DNA of 64,000 nt from contig NW_005434667.1 in assembly GCF_000315625.1 (NCBI RefSeq), positions 31,906-95,905 of the forward strand, given 5' to 3'. Within the stretch, counting starts at the first letter, position 1. Each line of letters begins with the position of its first letter. This DNA comes from Guillardia theta CCMP2712 (taxonomy: Eukaryota > Protista > Cryptophyta). The notes beneath the pieces are model-generated. The model saw only the letters and a program-made list of their open reading frames with translations. It made no database searches and had not been told where the DNA came from. The translations under genes and the position numbers were made by a program. Of the stretch, positions 35,900 through 56,949 are shown one piece after another.

Positions 35900-38150
35900 A
35901 AAGTTATCGTTCTTGCCCTCATACTTCAGGTGCTACTGCTCCCTCTCCCCTCCCCTCCACTCCACTCCACTCCACTCCACTCCACTCCACTCCACTCCCC
36001 TCCCCCCTCCCCTCCCCCCTAACCTCCCCTGCTCTCCCCTCCCCTCGCTTCCCCTCGCGTCCCCTCCCCATCCCTCCCGTCCTCTTCCCCCCCCCCTCTC
36101 ATCTTGATACCACATGTAAGCAGTCGCATCAGGTCTCGCTCGCAGCCTCTTCTCCTCCTCCAGTTTCCTGTGATGATCTGGATCGCTCCCGCAACTTTGC
36201 CTTGGGCGGCGAGGTGGACAGCCCCGATCAGCTCGAGCAAGACTGGTGCGTTGACGCCAGAGCAGGATGCGTCGACCAGTGGGCGGCGGATGGCAACGAG
36301 AGCACATACTGGGACGAAGAGGATAATCAAAGTCAGTATCACCTGAGGATCCGGAGAAAGAAGGAGGAGGAGGAGGTCAACATCAGCGGGGTGAGCATAT
36401 CAGGATACGAGCAGCACAAGTTCGCTCCTCGGTCCTTCCAGCTCGTCTGTGATGAAGCCCTGGTAGCTGATGTAGCTGATGCCCGCTACCGCAACAACGT
36501 CTTCGAGACCTGCTTCCCTCCTGTTCCTTGCCGCGTCCTCGACCTTATCATCTTCCAGTCTTACGGAAGCTCCCCGGCTGTCCGGGAGATCAAACTGCTG
36601 GCGAAGTCGCAATCGTCGGCCAGGTCAACGCATGGCAAGCTGCTCCTGCCTGCGTCAGCCCAGAGCTCCACATGTGCACATTTAGCAGGGCAACTCCTCC
36701 TGTGCTTGGGGAAGGGGAACCAGGAGGTTTGTCAAGGCGATAGGATCGCGCACTGGAACTGCATCAAGGGGGAGGCGGACGCAAGCAAGCAGGGGCTGAA
36801 CGGACATCGGAGCTTGAATCGCCTCAAGGAATACAGGTGGAGCAGCGGTGAAGAGAAGCGACGCACTGACAAGAGCGTCAGATACGGTTACCTCCTCTAC
36901 AACCCCTTCGACATTTACTTCGCTGTCGCCATCGAGCTCTACGGAGAATGGAGTGAGAAGGAGGTGGAGGTGAGGCATGGGCGTGCGGTTGTCAACGTCT
37001 CTTGACCACCAGCTGATCCGCAGCTGATGCGTCGGTACATCACGACAGGCGACTATGTGGTGGAGGCAGGAGTTCACATCGGCTCTCTCACCGTCCCCCT
37101 AGCACAACTGGTCGACAACACTCGAGGAGGAGGAGGAGGAGGAGGAGGAGGAGGAGGAGGAGGAGGAGGAGGAGGAGGAGGAGGAGGAGGAGGAGGAGGA
37201 GGAGAGTAACGGGCTCGTAGGTAGGGCCCACAGGTCGCGTGATCGGCTTCGAACCGCAACGGGTTGTCTACCAGATGGTGAGGAGCATCTAAGTCGGTTC
37301 TGGACCTCAAGCTTGTCGTGCAGGCATCCGCCAATGTCGCTCTGAATGGATTGTGGAATGTCGTTCTCTACAACGCTGGGGCAGGGAACTCAAGCGACGC
37401 CATGCCAGTAGTGCGAGTTGCCTGCTGCTTCACTCTGAAGTGCTTTTGCCCCTCGTCTCTTCAGATGCCAATCGCATCCTACCACCCCAACGCCCTCAGA
37501 AACTTCGGCAGCGTACGCGTGGGAATGGTGCTGAACAAGCATCCTTGCGTTCCTGATGGGCTAGACCAGGTGCCGGATGAGGAGGAGACAAGTATAGAGC
37601 ATGTTCGTATCATGAGTATCGATGAGCTACAGCTTCCAGCCTGCGACTTCATCAAGGTTCGGGCCTATCCTCCTCCTCTTTCACTTACAGTCGCACGCAG
37701 ATCGACGCAGAAGGTTTCGAGACGCAAGTGATCCAAGGAGGATGGACGACAATCAGCGCGTTTCTCCCCACCATCTACTTCGAGGACAACGAGTGAGCAC
37801 AGGTTCAGCTGGGGTTGAGCTAACCGAGCATACCTACAGACTTAACGGGAGGATCGGATGCTCAGCTACCACACAGCGACTGAAGGTGACGCGGACTTGC
37901 TCGAGCTCTTCTCACTCGCAGCAGACCGAGCTCGGCTACGACTGCTACCACCATGCAGCACCATACTTCAACAGCGACAACTGGCACAAGGAGCGCATCG
38001 ACTACTTCTTCGTAGGAGGTGAGGGGACGGCAAGGGGTGAGTTGAACTGAAGTGAAAGCAGGGGAGCCAACACTGTCCTACATGATCCTGTGTGTTCATG
38101 CGTCGAGAATCCTTGCACCGCCTCAGCTAGTGCAATTACCTTGCACTTGA
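35900..38150 (+). CDS. FkbM-family methyltransferase with N-terminal discoidin/galactose-binding-like domain
   Basis: LYGEWSEKEV, VVEAGVHIGSLTVPLA, VIGFEPQR, DFIKIDAEGFE. Upstream DGNESTYW...PRSFQL...VREIKL. Start uncertain. Confidence 0.75.
37124..37205. repeat. (GGA)n microsatellite in an intron
   Basis: Read directly from the sequence. Confidence 0.9.
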
Positions 38151-38333
38151 CAAACATTTTAGTAATTTTTTTTGTTCATTTTCGACGAAATAATTCTAAC
38201 GAGGCTTTAAGAAACACTACAACCCATCTTGTTATCCCGAAAGCTCAGAAAAACGGTGAACGGAACACAGATTCCATGTGACCTGGTCAATTCAGATGCG
38301 GTCGTACATAAAATAAACAGTAGGCGGCTAAGT

Positions 38334-40605
<2,272 letters not shown>

Positions 40606-42501
40606 GGCCGAGGAAGACAGCCGCGCGCCGCACTCCTTTTTTTTCAATTTCAGAAACCCTCGAAGTTTTTCGGGCTGTCTTCAAATTCTTCAACAGCCCC
40701 TTGCAGTTTCGGGATGACCATCAACATGTTTTCAAACCCTAGCTTGAATTCACTATGAAAATTCATTGAAAATCAGAGACCTTGAGGAGGCATCCCAACA
40801 CATCAAACAGTGCATTCAACAATTTTGAATTTGAAATATCTATTCCAAACAACGAAATGCCCACCCCCGTGCTATTTCCACTACCCCACCGTCGCAATCG
40901 GATAATTTGTCATTTCCACCCGTCCATTATAGGAAAATTTGATATATCCTTCACGTTGAATTAAGGGGTAGTGTATACCCCCACCCCATGGTGTGAACTT
41001 GGGGTATAGATCCGCTTAATAGCTACCCTACCCTCCCAGATCCCACGGATCCTCTTAGAAAGTACCCCATACTTTCCCACCCGAACACTCATTGCAGAGG
41101 TCAAGGGTGGCGCTTGTCCCCAATGTCTAGTCACACCCACTACCCCAACATAATCTCTGTACCACCCTTCCTATCTAAAGGCATGGTACCCCCTACCCCC
41201 TAGTTCTCAATAGAATACCTGGTGTTTGCTATCAAAAGGAGGCCAACAGCTGCATAGGACCCCTCCTTTCTACACAACACCCCAACATGCAGCAGCATGA
41301 TACAGAATCCAGATTTCCTTGGAATCACCCTACCCTGTGACCTTTCGTACCCTACCCTCTATCACGATTAAGTAAACCAGTACCCCATGCTTGACCACCC
41401 CTATGGATGATCCACCCCCACGGCGCCTCGAAACTCCATAGCATGTTCCTTGCTTCTAACACCGTATGGAGCTGACTACCCCTTGTCTGACGACTACCCT
41501 ACACCCACCACTGCCACTTGAACCCACGTACCGCAACCGAACACCATGTTAGACTACCCGTACTTCTAAGCTTCCAAGTACCGGTGCATAACAATCTTTT
41601 TTGTTTGAAGTGCCGACCGTTGATGCCATTCATCATCTGTTGGATTTCCGTTATGTCTCCGTTAACCGTGACAGATGCTCCGGGCCCGGTCCGGCCCGGG
41701 CCCGGCGCCGGGCCGCCACTCAGTGACCGATCGGACTGGGCCGGACCGTCTGACGAAGCACAGTTTTTGCTCACTGACCGAGTTTCAACAATACCCGCCA
41801 CACGAAAACCAGGCCTTCGGAATCCGATCATTGTGGGGAGCACATGACGGTCGATGATCGCGGCCCGGCCGGGCTGAGAGATAGACTGTATGCTTAGTAG
41901 GATGTGAACTCGGAAACCCGAGCATCCAGAGCACGGGGGCCGGGACTGGGAGTTGACTTTTGCCAAATCGGAGTTCCGATGGAGGCTCTCAGGCACTCCG
42001 AGCGGCTGAGCCATCGGAGCGGCAGCGAGCGGCCCGGCCCAAGTTCCTCGCCGGCCCCGGGGTTCCTGATATCTGTAACGACTTCTTGTAACCGGTAGGG
42101 TTACCGAAGGGCCATGCAGGTGACGCTGAGAAGAGAAAGGACAGAGCGGGAAGAAGGAGAGCCAAGGAGAGCCAAGGGGAAGCGAGCAAACCCGCGAGCA
42201 AGTGATCGATGAAGGCAGGGGGGAGGGAGGGATGGGGGAAACAAGTTGGGGGGGGGGAGGGGGGAGCGTGGAGAGAATGATCAAGGGAGGATGCAACTGA
42301 TGTGTGGATGGAGGCATGAGGGATGAATAGGACTGAGCCTGGAAAGGTGAGTAGAATTGGTCACAGATGAGGGAAGAAATTGGTGACTAGAAATAATGAT
42401 AGTTATGTCGAGAATGTCATGCAGAGTTTAGTTTTGACGAAGATTCAAGGGCTGACAGGTTTAACAGGAAATTCTTGCCTTGAAGTGAGCTCAACATCAG
42501 C

Positions 42502-43311
42502 ATGTACGGTACTGTGAGAACGAAGCTGCCGGTGTCAGAGGTGGAGGATGGTGTTGCGGTCAGAGTGCGAGTCTTAGTGGGGACGGCATTGCTTGTCGCC
42601 ATGGCTGGAGTTTGTCTACTTGTACTTGTGGTGACCCAAGTCCCTCCAGCGCTGCTCCATCACTCCATGGTTAGCGTCGGGATGATTGACAAGTTTTTGA
42701 AGGCCCAGCAGCAGCTGGACGCAGCTCCTTCCATGTCCGAGCGCCTCAAGGAATTGATTGCAAGCAACAAGGCGGCAGGAGACAGGCTGGCTGCTGCAAT
42801 GGAAGCGCGAGGAGGAGCAGGAGAAGCGGGAGCCGGTGGGCTGGCCCTTAACGCAGACGTGGCGAATGCCATGAAGGCTGCAGATGCTGCGATCAGGGAG
42901 GCAGGACTTCCATCGCGGAAGAGGCTTCTTGGTCGGACGAGGAGCAAGCAGCTCGAGTCTATCATGTCCGAGGGTGAGTTGCCGTCTTCGAGCAACGTCA
43001 TCTCCTTGCGCAGGAGCGTCAGAAGCTCCGAGCGAGAGCTCGCGGATGTCTTGGCGGGGCAAGTGGGTGGAAGGCAAAGCCGCACAAACATGGGGCTGGA
43101 CAAACTCGCGCTGGACAGCGTGAGCGAGGGCATGGCGCTGGGACTGTCTGCTCAAGCTCGCAACCCCGTGACAGGAGAGGACACTGGGTCCCTCCTTCTG
43201 CCTCCCTCGCGCGATGCGGATCAGCTGGCTGCGAGGGAGCTCAGGAAGGTTGCAGACGGAAAGATGCGGGGGGGAGGGAGCGTGTTGTCCCTGGTTGATG
43301 CTGATCACTAG
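42502..43311 (+). CDS. Hypothetical protein with a single N-terminal TM segment
   Basis: 269-aa ORF; hydrophobic VLVGTALLVAMAGVCLLVLVV followed by a helical Ala-rich region. Confidence 0.55.
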   Translation: MYGTVRTKLPVSEVEDGVAVRVRVLVGTALLVAMAGVCLLVLVVTQVPPALLHHSMVSVGMIDKFLKAQQQLDAAPSMSERLKELIASNKAAGDRLAAAMEARGGAGEAGAGGLALNADVANAMKAADAAIREAGLPSRKRLLGRTRSKQLESIMSEGELPSSSNVISLRRSVRSSERELADVLAGQVGGRQSRTNMGLDKLALDSVSEGMALGLSAQARNPVTGEDTGSLLLPPSRDADQLAARELRKVADGKMRGGGSVLSLVDADH

Positions 43312-43511
43312 GAATAAAAGCTGTAATTTTTTTCAGGCGTCCTCTCAGCAAAGTTCCGTCCTCCCGCTATTGGCTATCTTGTGCCTTGTCACTTGCTCTT
43401 GCTCCCGTCGCTTCTCTTCCCTTTCCTCTCTATCGCATCCCCTCGACCTCTACACCATCGTTTCATGCTACCGGCCACTGTTCGTTGGGTTTAGACTTTT
43501 ACTGGCTTGAA

Positions 43512-50200
<6,689 letters not shown>

Positions 50201-50399
50201 TCCTACAATCCCAATGAAATGATGAGCATGATGATGGTGATGATGATGATGGTGATGGTGATGATGACGATGATGACCAGGATCAGGATCAGGATCAGGA
50301 TCAGGATCAGGACCATCATAATGATCATGACCATGACGATGATGATGACGATAGTAGTGGTGGTGATGATGATGATAAACACAAGGTAGGTTTCTACCT

Positions 50400-53200
50400 C
50401 TGCAACATCAGGAGTCTTGTTGCTCTTGTGCTTTGATTTGTCGCTGTCTGACTTGGACTTCTTGATCGCTTTCTTGCTCTCGCTCGCGTCAGGTGTGATC
50501 GTTTTGACCTCCCCTGCAACGTCTGTCACTTAAGATTGAATGTTCCAACATAAACTCTTTCCGCATGATTATCATCATCGTCGTCATTATCCTCCATACT
50601 CATCACCACCATCACAATCATCATTACCAGGTAAAGGTAGTTGCAACATAGTCCCTTCCTTCAATCTGACGGTCTTGTTCAAAGCTCTTTGACGTTCCAG
50701 TCACTGTCAACAAAACATTTCAAAGTTCTTTAACTCACTTGTAAGTCTTCTTGTTCTTCTCAACGAGCAAGTCGAGGTCCTTTCCAACACAATATATCAT
50801 GTTATTGTCTATCACTTTTGCATCTTTGCATTACCACTCCGTACAACTTCGCAATGTCGCAACATTTCTCGTCTTCTTTGCAGATATGTACACCTGAAAA
50901 CATGATTGTCAAACATCTGTGATACCTCACATTCCAGGATCATACCATCTTCAGGCCAGTTGGAGCTGAGAATGACTTGTTTCTTTCTACAACATTTGCA
51001 GATGCAGCTGAAAGAGAAAATTACAACAAAATGAAACACAAGCTCTCATTACCTTCTGTTTGTTCTGTTTCAGATGAAACTATCTTGCTGAAAATACAAG
51101 AATTGAGATCAAATCGATTTGAAAGACAGAACAATTGACCCAGGTTCTGCAGATTGCGTTTCTTCCTTCTTGTCCACCACCTTTGTTTGAACGGCATACT
51201 GCTTCTCGAAGTCCGCAACAGACTGTTGCAACTCATTTGCCAGACAAACCAAAAACTAGACAGAATACCTGTTTCGTTGCACAGATGAAGATAACACTCT
51301 TGGGACGAGTGCATGTGTTGTTTGCCAACTGATCAAACGTTTTGATCTCAATGAATCGCACAAGTCTGTCAGAACTGACCTTCATAAAGCGCATCAAACC
51401 CACTTTCTCAAGCACTTGATTTTCGTTCTCACACAAGATGTAACAGTTGCAACCATTGCCCTTGTATGAGAGCTTGCCATACATAACCTGCAACTTGCAA
51501 TCACAACGAGGAAACTTGAGACGACTCTGAACGGACTTTATCTCCTTCTCTGATCTGACTTCCCCTCTTCGCATCGCCCTTCATAAACGGTCACATTCGC
51601 ATCATTACAAGAACAGATCGACTTCGAGCGAATAGACTGGAATTCCATTCCCTGCAATCTTCTCCATTGCTGCCTGCACACACCACAAAGGTCGATGGCA
51701 ATACAAACAACAATTTCACAGGTTACAAAGAACAAACCTGAGCTTCCTCCGGCAAACTGTGAGAAGAGTCAGTCAACATCGGAGAGACAAGAAGAGGCTA
51801 TCACTTCATCGCGATCACTCTGTTGATTTGTTCGGGGGGAGGCTGCACCAGCACTGACACATTCTTCGAAGGGTCTTGCCCTTTCATCTTTTGCATGCTA
51901 CTCATCATACCAGCATTCATCGCCCCTGCCAGTCCCAACGAGCTGACGTACGCGTCTGCAAACGCTCCTACTCCTCCCATTCCTCCTTGTCCTCCCGGCA
52001 GCCCTGCTTGTGCTCCTCCTCCCATTCCTCCTTGTCCAGGGCTCATGCTTTGAGGCTGCATGCTTCCTGGAGTAGTGTATGGAGGCTTCTTGTAAATTCC
52101 TTTCTGCTGTAGAGCCGCTTGCAGCTTGACCGGAGGTACATATCCTCTCCCCAGCATCCCAGCCCCCGCAATCCCTGCTCCTGCTCCTACTGCTCCAGGT
52201 CCTGCTCCTACACCAGGTCCTGCTCCAGCTCCAGCTCCAGCTCCAGCTCCAGCTCCAGCTCCAGCTCCAGCTCCAGCTCCAGCTCCAGCTCCAGCTCCAG
52301 CTCCAGCTCCAGCTCCAGCTCCAGCTCCTACAGCTGCTCCGGCTCCAGCTCCGGCTCTTACCGCCCCTGCTCCTGCTCCTACCACTCCTGCCCCTGCCCC
52401 TGCCCCTGCTCCTGCTCCTGCTCCTCCAGCTCCTGCTGGGCCTACACCAGGAGGAACGTATCCCTTGCCCTGTACGGCGGGTGACCCTGTAGAAGGAGGC
52501 GCATACCCCTTCCCTTTCACAGAGCCACCAGCTCCAACCCCAGCTCCAGCTCCAGCAGGAATAGAGTCTATCGCCTTCTGTGCAGCTGGAGGGAGTCTTG
52601 CGAGCGAGGGGTCGAGGAGGGGGGTGTAAGACATGTGGGAAGGGGGGTAAAGGACGTGCTGGGGTCTACCAGGAAGCATCACGATCCCATGAGACCCGTA
52701 TTGAACCTGTTGAGGATGATGAGTGACCTTCTTCGGGGGCACGTGCTGCTGCTTCATGCTGCCTGCCGTGTAGAGCGAGTGCATGGAAGGCGGCGCCTTC
52801 CCCATCAAGCTCTGCTGTGCAAACAGCTGCTGCTGAAGGGCAGTGTTGGGAGTGACTTTCACAGCTGGACTCTTGCTCGCGGAGACTTCGACCTGCTGCT
52901 GTGCTGGATGTGGGCTCTGCGTTGCTTTCTTCTCCGGCTCCTGTGCTGCTGCTACGGTCGTGCTGCCCTTGACCTCCCCAGCCGTGACCTTGGAGGCGTC
53001 AGCTTGTGCTGCCTCTGACTTGCTCGGCTGCTCGACGACTTTGGCTGGTGCGGGTGGCGGCTGACTGATGCTCGTCGCCTGCATCGCTTGCTGCTGACTC
53101 TTGTCGCCGCTGCTGGCACCTGTTGGCTCATTCTGTCAAAGCTTACTTCATCGGCCTAAGATAATCACCACTTGCGGGCTGAGAAGACATGCTGTGCAAA
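50400..53200 (-). CDS. Multi-exon hypothetical protein with a Pro/Gln/Gly-Ala low-complexity N-terminal half
   Basis: 427-aa ORF 51801-53084 with (GA)n and GKGYxPP repeats, followed by short exons. Confidence 0.5.
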
Positions 53201-53759
53201 TGCTCCTCCTATGCTCCTCCTATCCCCACACCTGCAACAACAACAACTTTAGCTCCCTCGCATGCACCCTCCACGCCCCTCGTCCAATGCCCGACTGAAA
53301 GCTCTGCTCCTCTATCCCAATCTCACAGCTTGCACGCTTGCGTGTGTCGATGAAGTACAGCTATCCTTGCATTTCTCCCTCTCGAATCTCAAACTAAGAC
53401 TCGGTCCTTGAACGCTTTCATCGCACAGATCCCGTCTTCGTGCATCGCGCTCCCCCCCAACCAAGCTCAGTCCTCTCCTCATCCCCGTCCTCGCAGCAAT
53501 GGAAACCTGAATTGTCTGGTCTCGACTCTCCTGATTGTCCTCGTACTGATTTTTAACTTAACTTTGAGTAAAGAAAATGTCTGCCGCGTGACCGAATGCC
53601 CGCCGGGTAGAGTCGGCGACTCCCGGCTGATGATGGCGCCGGTCGGCCCGGTAGAGTCGGCGATCGTCCGCTGAGTCATATCAGAGTCGGGGGGCCCGCC
53701 GACCCGGGCCCGCCAGCGGTGCGGTCGGACCGTCGTACCGCCCCGCCGCCGGTGACCGG

Positions 53760-53805
53760 AACTCGTGATGAGCTCTCAGAGTCTGATCGGAGCTCATCAC
53801 GAGTT
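53760..53805. other. Perfect 16-bp inverted repeat (hairpin)
   Basis: AACTCGTGATGAGCTC...GAGCTCATCACGAGTT; the loop itself can pair (TCAGA/TCTGA). Confidence 0.9.
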
Positions 53806-53960
53806 GATCAACACGGTTAGGTTGTTATTTATTAATCCTTTAATCACTTAAAAGGCTCAGGAACTTTCTTGTCGATAGAGCTGGAAGCCGCTGAAGTGCG
53901 CAAAGCTGCGTTGACGGTCAGCAGGAAGCATAAACGAAGAGCAAGTAAGGTTGCCTGTCT

Positions 53961-56903
53961 CTAAGCGGCCTTGCGTTGACGGTTGCTCCTGTGAGTCCTT
54001 GTCCCAGCGTCGGAGTCCTGTCGCCGCCGCCGCATGTTCTGTTGCAGCGACTCATCCCTGACGAGGTTGCCACGTTTTCGACTGATGTCCGCGAGCTCGT
54101 GGACCTCATCGCTAGTGAGATAACCGTTCTTCTGACCAAGGTCCAGCATCTTTGTCTTGTTCTTGCGTACTGCCAGCTCCACATCTGCACCGTTCTTGAC
54201 TAACAGTCGAGCGATATTCTTTGCGCGTTGTATTTCGATGCTGTCAGGTCGTGTTTTCTTGAAGGTGTAGTACAGAGGGGTGTTGGATCTTTCATTGCCC
54301 TCTCGTGTATCATGATTCACGATGTCGCGAATCCGATCGGAGGCTTGCGATTGTTTGAGGTATTCGATCAAAAGCTCGACAAATTGATCGCTGATTCTTT
54401 CGCATGCATAGCAGAGCACTGTCTTCGATGTCGCCTCATCTCCTGGGTCTGCCAGTAACGATTTTATGCTTCCATGATCAAGTAACATCTTCATGCACTT
54501 GCGTACACGCTCTTTCTCTTCATCAGTGATGCAATCTCTTTCACACAACTTGTGTAGCGGATAGTACTTGGGCCTTGATGAGCCTGTTCTTAGACAAAGT
54601 TCTTTACGTTTCTCAGCCCACCTCTTGCCTAGCTCGCCAGGCAGATCGCTAGGGGTCAGGAACTTGAAAATTAGCTGGATGATCTCGACCTGACGCCCTT
54701 GAGCTGCAAGATGAAGCACACTGTTTCTAGTGCGATCTATGCGCTCGATCATCGACACAAACCGTTTCAAGAAGTCTTCTCTGTCATTGGAAGCTTCCCA
54801 AAGCACTTCCACGTACTGCTCGAAGACGACAGACGAACCGTAGAGAGCTGCGACGTGAAATGGGTTGTGTTTGTCGGCAGTCTCACAGTCTTGTAGCATT
54901 TGTGCCATTGTAGCCGCTCCCGATTTAATTTTGACATCGATCGCTTTGTTCAACAAGTTGTATTGAGCTATGACATGCAGAAGTTTGTAATTCTTGTGAT
55001 ACTTCTGAACACCTGAGGGATTGGACATCGCTTTCTTGATCCATGCCTCCGCTGAGCTCTTTCCCTTGTTTATCATGTGATTGCTTGCGATTTCTGCTTC
55101 CAATATCTTGATGTTACTTTTGGTACTGAAGATTGGTCTCAAGCTCATGCTTTTTAGAGGCTCGCTGATCGTTGGTTCCATGTTGTTTGATCTCCTTTCC
55201 AACCGATTCTTCTGTTTCGTGTTTTCATCAAGTGCTTTCTTGAGTGCTTCCAACCTCTCTGTCTTCTTTTCTACTGTATCGCGGGAGTCAAAGACCTCTT
55301 TGACATTCTCAATCTGAAACAGGGACTCTCGTAATCCATCATTCTTTTCGATCATTGCAACAACAATTCCAACAAATTTCTTTGCAAATTCATCCAAGCC
55401 TTCAAAGATGGTGTAGCGGTACAGGTCTTTGATTGTTTTATGCCATTGAATGATTGTATCAGGTGCCTCGTCCAACATGCTCTCGAGCACGTACTGCCTG
55501 TATTCAGGCATGATGCTTTTGAATTCTTCCAGCACAACAACTTGAAACTGAGCTTCATGCTTTTGGCAAGCCTGCTCATCCTCATCCATCATGTCAGTGC
55601 TCTCAGTCTCCTTGATGATTCGTTTAAGAGCACGTCTTTCTTCTTTGATCGTATCGCTATTTTCATCTGTCGATTTGCTGATTGCAATCATCTTGTCCTC
55701 ATCGATCCCGAATTTTTGATGTAATCTGCTCCGAAGTTCATCCAACTTTTCACGATTGCCATCGTATCGATTAATCACCACAACGATAGACTTCTTGATC
55801 TTCTCTGGTATTTCAAGACAGGAAATCTCATCAGAAATGTCATCGAGCTCATCATCATCATTTCCAACGTTGGCTTCCTTGCACACGAAGAACGTCTTGA
55901 GGAAATCGTAAACATGTCTGATTTCGCTGCCTCGTCCGCTTGTCTGGAAAGCGTTGAAGTCAAATGTCAGCACAGTGACTGACTTGGGGAAGGAGCGATA
56001 CAATGAAGATAACATGATAGAGTTCAACAGAGCAATCTCACGATCACGAGTGTCTTTGATCCCGGGCAGGTCAACATATATGAAATCCCTCTTTGAGAAC
56101 GCCTGGGGCAAGAAAGTCTTCGAGCTCATATCATCATTGCTAACAGTAAAGCACGGAGTCTTGTTCATCAGGTTGAGAATGTGACTCTTGCCAACTCCAG
56201 TGATGCCTAGTACAAAGATTGCTGTAGGTGTATCGGAAAGACGTTCGGAAAGACTTTGAGCTTGGCAGTCAATTTCTCTTAGTCGTCCGAACACGAATTG
56301 AAACAGCTCGAGATAAAGTCTCTTCAAATGTGACTTCTCATCCTTATTCTTTGCCGCCTTAACTTGTCGAAACAGAAATTCCACGTAGAAGTCAAGCCGG
56401 AGGAAGGAATATAGCAGAACATAATCTGACTTTCCATCTGCAAACTGTTTGGTTAATACCAATGTACGGTTGTTGTAAAGGTCATTCAAGGAATCTAACT
56501 TGTCCTCTACAATTGTTTTGCGTCCGTCCTTCCAAAACTCAAAGAAATGACAACAGTTGTTGTCTTCATCCTGTTTGTCCACACTTACTAAGATGTTACA
56601 CTGGCGAGAGAAAAAAGTCAGCGCAGCTTGCAGAGCAGCTTCATCTCGTTCCCAGTCGACAAGATCGAGGACTTTGACACTATCTGACCTCCTTTGGTTG
56701 AAGAACGGAGCGTTGATGAACCCCTGGGATCCTGTGAACTCCCTCAGCAAAGGCTTAGGGTCTCCCAAGTTCGCCATGGCAAAGAGGTTCCGAAGGCTCT
56801 GCAAGAAGACGGACTTGGATTGAAGGGAATGGCTGACCATGGGCACGTAGACATCTTCAAAGTGGTTGAGCAGATCGACGATGCGCTCCTCCTCGCTCAC
56901 CAT
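53961..56903 (-). CDS. TRAFAC P-loop GTPase (AIG1/GIMAP-like) + coiled coil + ankyrin repeats, 980-aa single exon
   Basis: G1 GITGVGKS, G2 T in SSKTF, G3 DLPG, G4-like INRYD; ankyrins NPFHVAALYG, SVLHLAAQG, TPLYY...LVKNGADV. Confidence 0.85.
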   Translation of the reverse strand: MVSEEERIVDLLNHFEDVYVPMVSHSLQSKSVFLQSLRNLFAMANLGDPKPLLREFTGSQGFINAPFFNQRRSDSVKVLDLVDWERDEAALQAALTFFSRQCNILVSVDKQDEDNNCCHFFEFWKDGRKTIVEDKLDSLNDLYNNRTLVLTKQFADGKSDYVLLYSFLRLDFYVEFLFRQVKAAKNKDEKSHLKRLYLELFQFVFGRLREIDCQAQSLSERLSDTPTAIFVLGITGVGKSHILNLMNKTPCFTVSNDDMSSKTFLPQAFSKRDFIYVDLPGIKDTRDREIALLNSIMLSSLYRSFPKSVTVLTFDFNAFQTSGRGSEIRHVYDFLKTFFVCKEANVGNDDDELDDISDEISCLEIPEKIKKSIVVVINRYDGNREKLDELRSRLHQKFGIDEDKMIAISKSTDENSDTIKEERRALKRIIKETESTDMMDEDEQACQKHEAQFQVVVLEEFKSIMPEYRQYVLESMLDEAPDTIIQWHKTIKDLYRYTIFEGLDEFAKKFVGIVVAMIEKNDGLRESLFQIENVKEVFDSRDTVEKKTERLEALKKALDENTKQKNRLERRSNNMEPTISEPLKSMSLRPIFSTKSNIKILEAEIASNHMINKGKSSAEAWIKKAMSNPSGVQKYHKNYKLLHVIAQYNLLNKAIDVKIKSGAATMAQMLQDCETADKHNPFHVAALYGSSVVFEQYVEVLWEASNDREDFLKRFVSMIERIDRTRNSVLHLAAQGRQVEIIQLIFKFLTPSDLPGELGKRWAEKRKELCLRTGSSRPKYYPLHKLCERDCITDEEKERVRKCMKMLLDHGSIKSLLADPGDEATSKTVLCYACERISDQFVELLIEYLKQSQASDRIRDIVNHDTREGNERSNTPLYYTFKKTRPDSIEIQRAKNIARLLVKNGADVELAVRKNKTKMLDLGQKNGYLTSDEVHELADISRKRGNLVRDESLQQNMRRRRQDSDAGTRTHRSNRQRKAA

Positions 56904-56949
56904 ACCCGCAAGGGGCGATACAGCACCGTTTCAAACCCTTCAGGAGACA

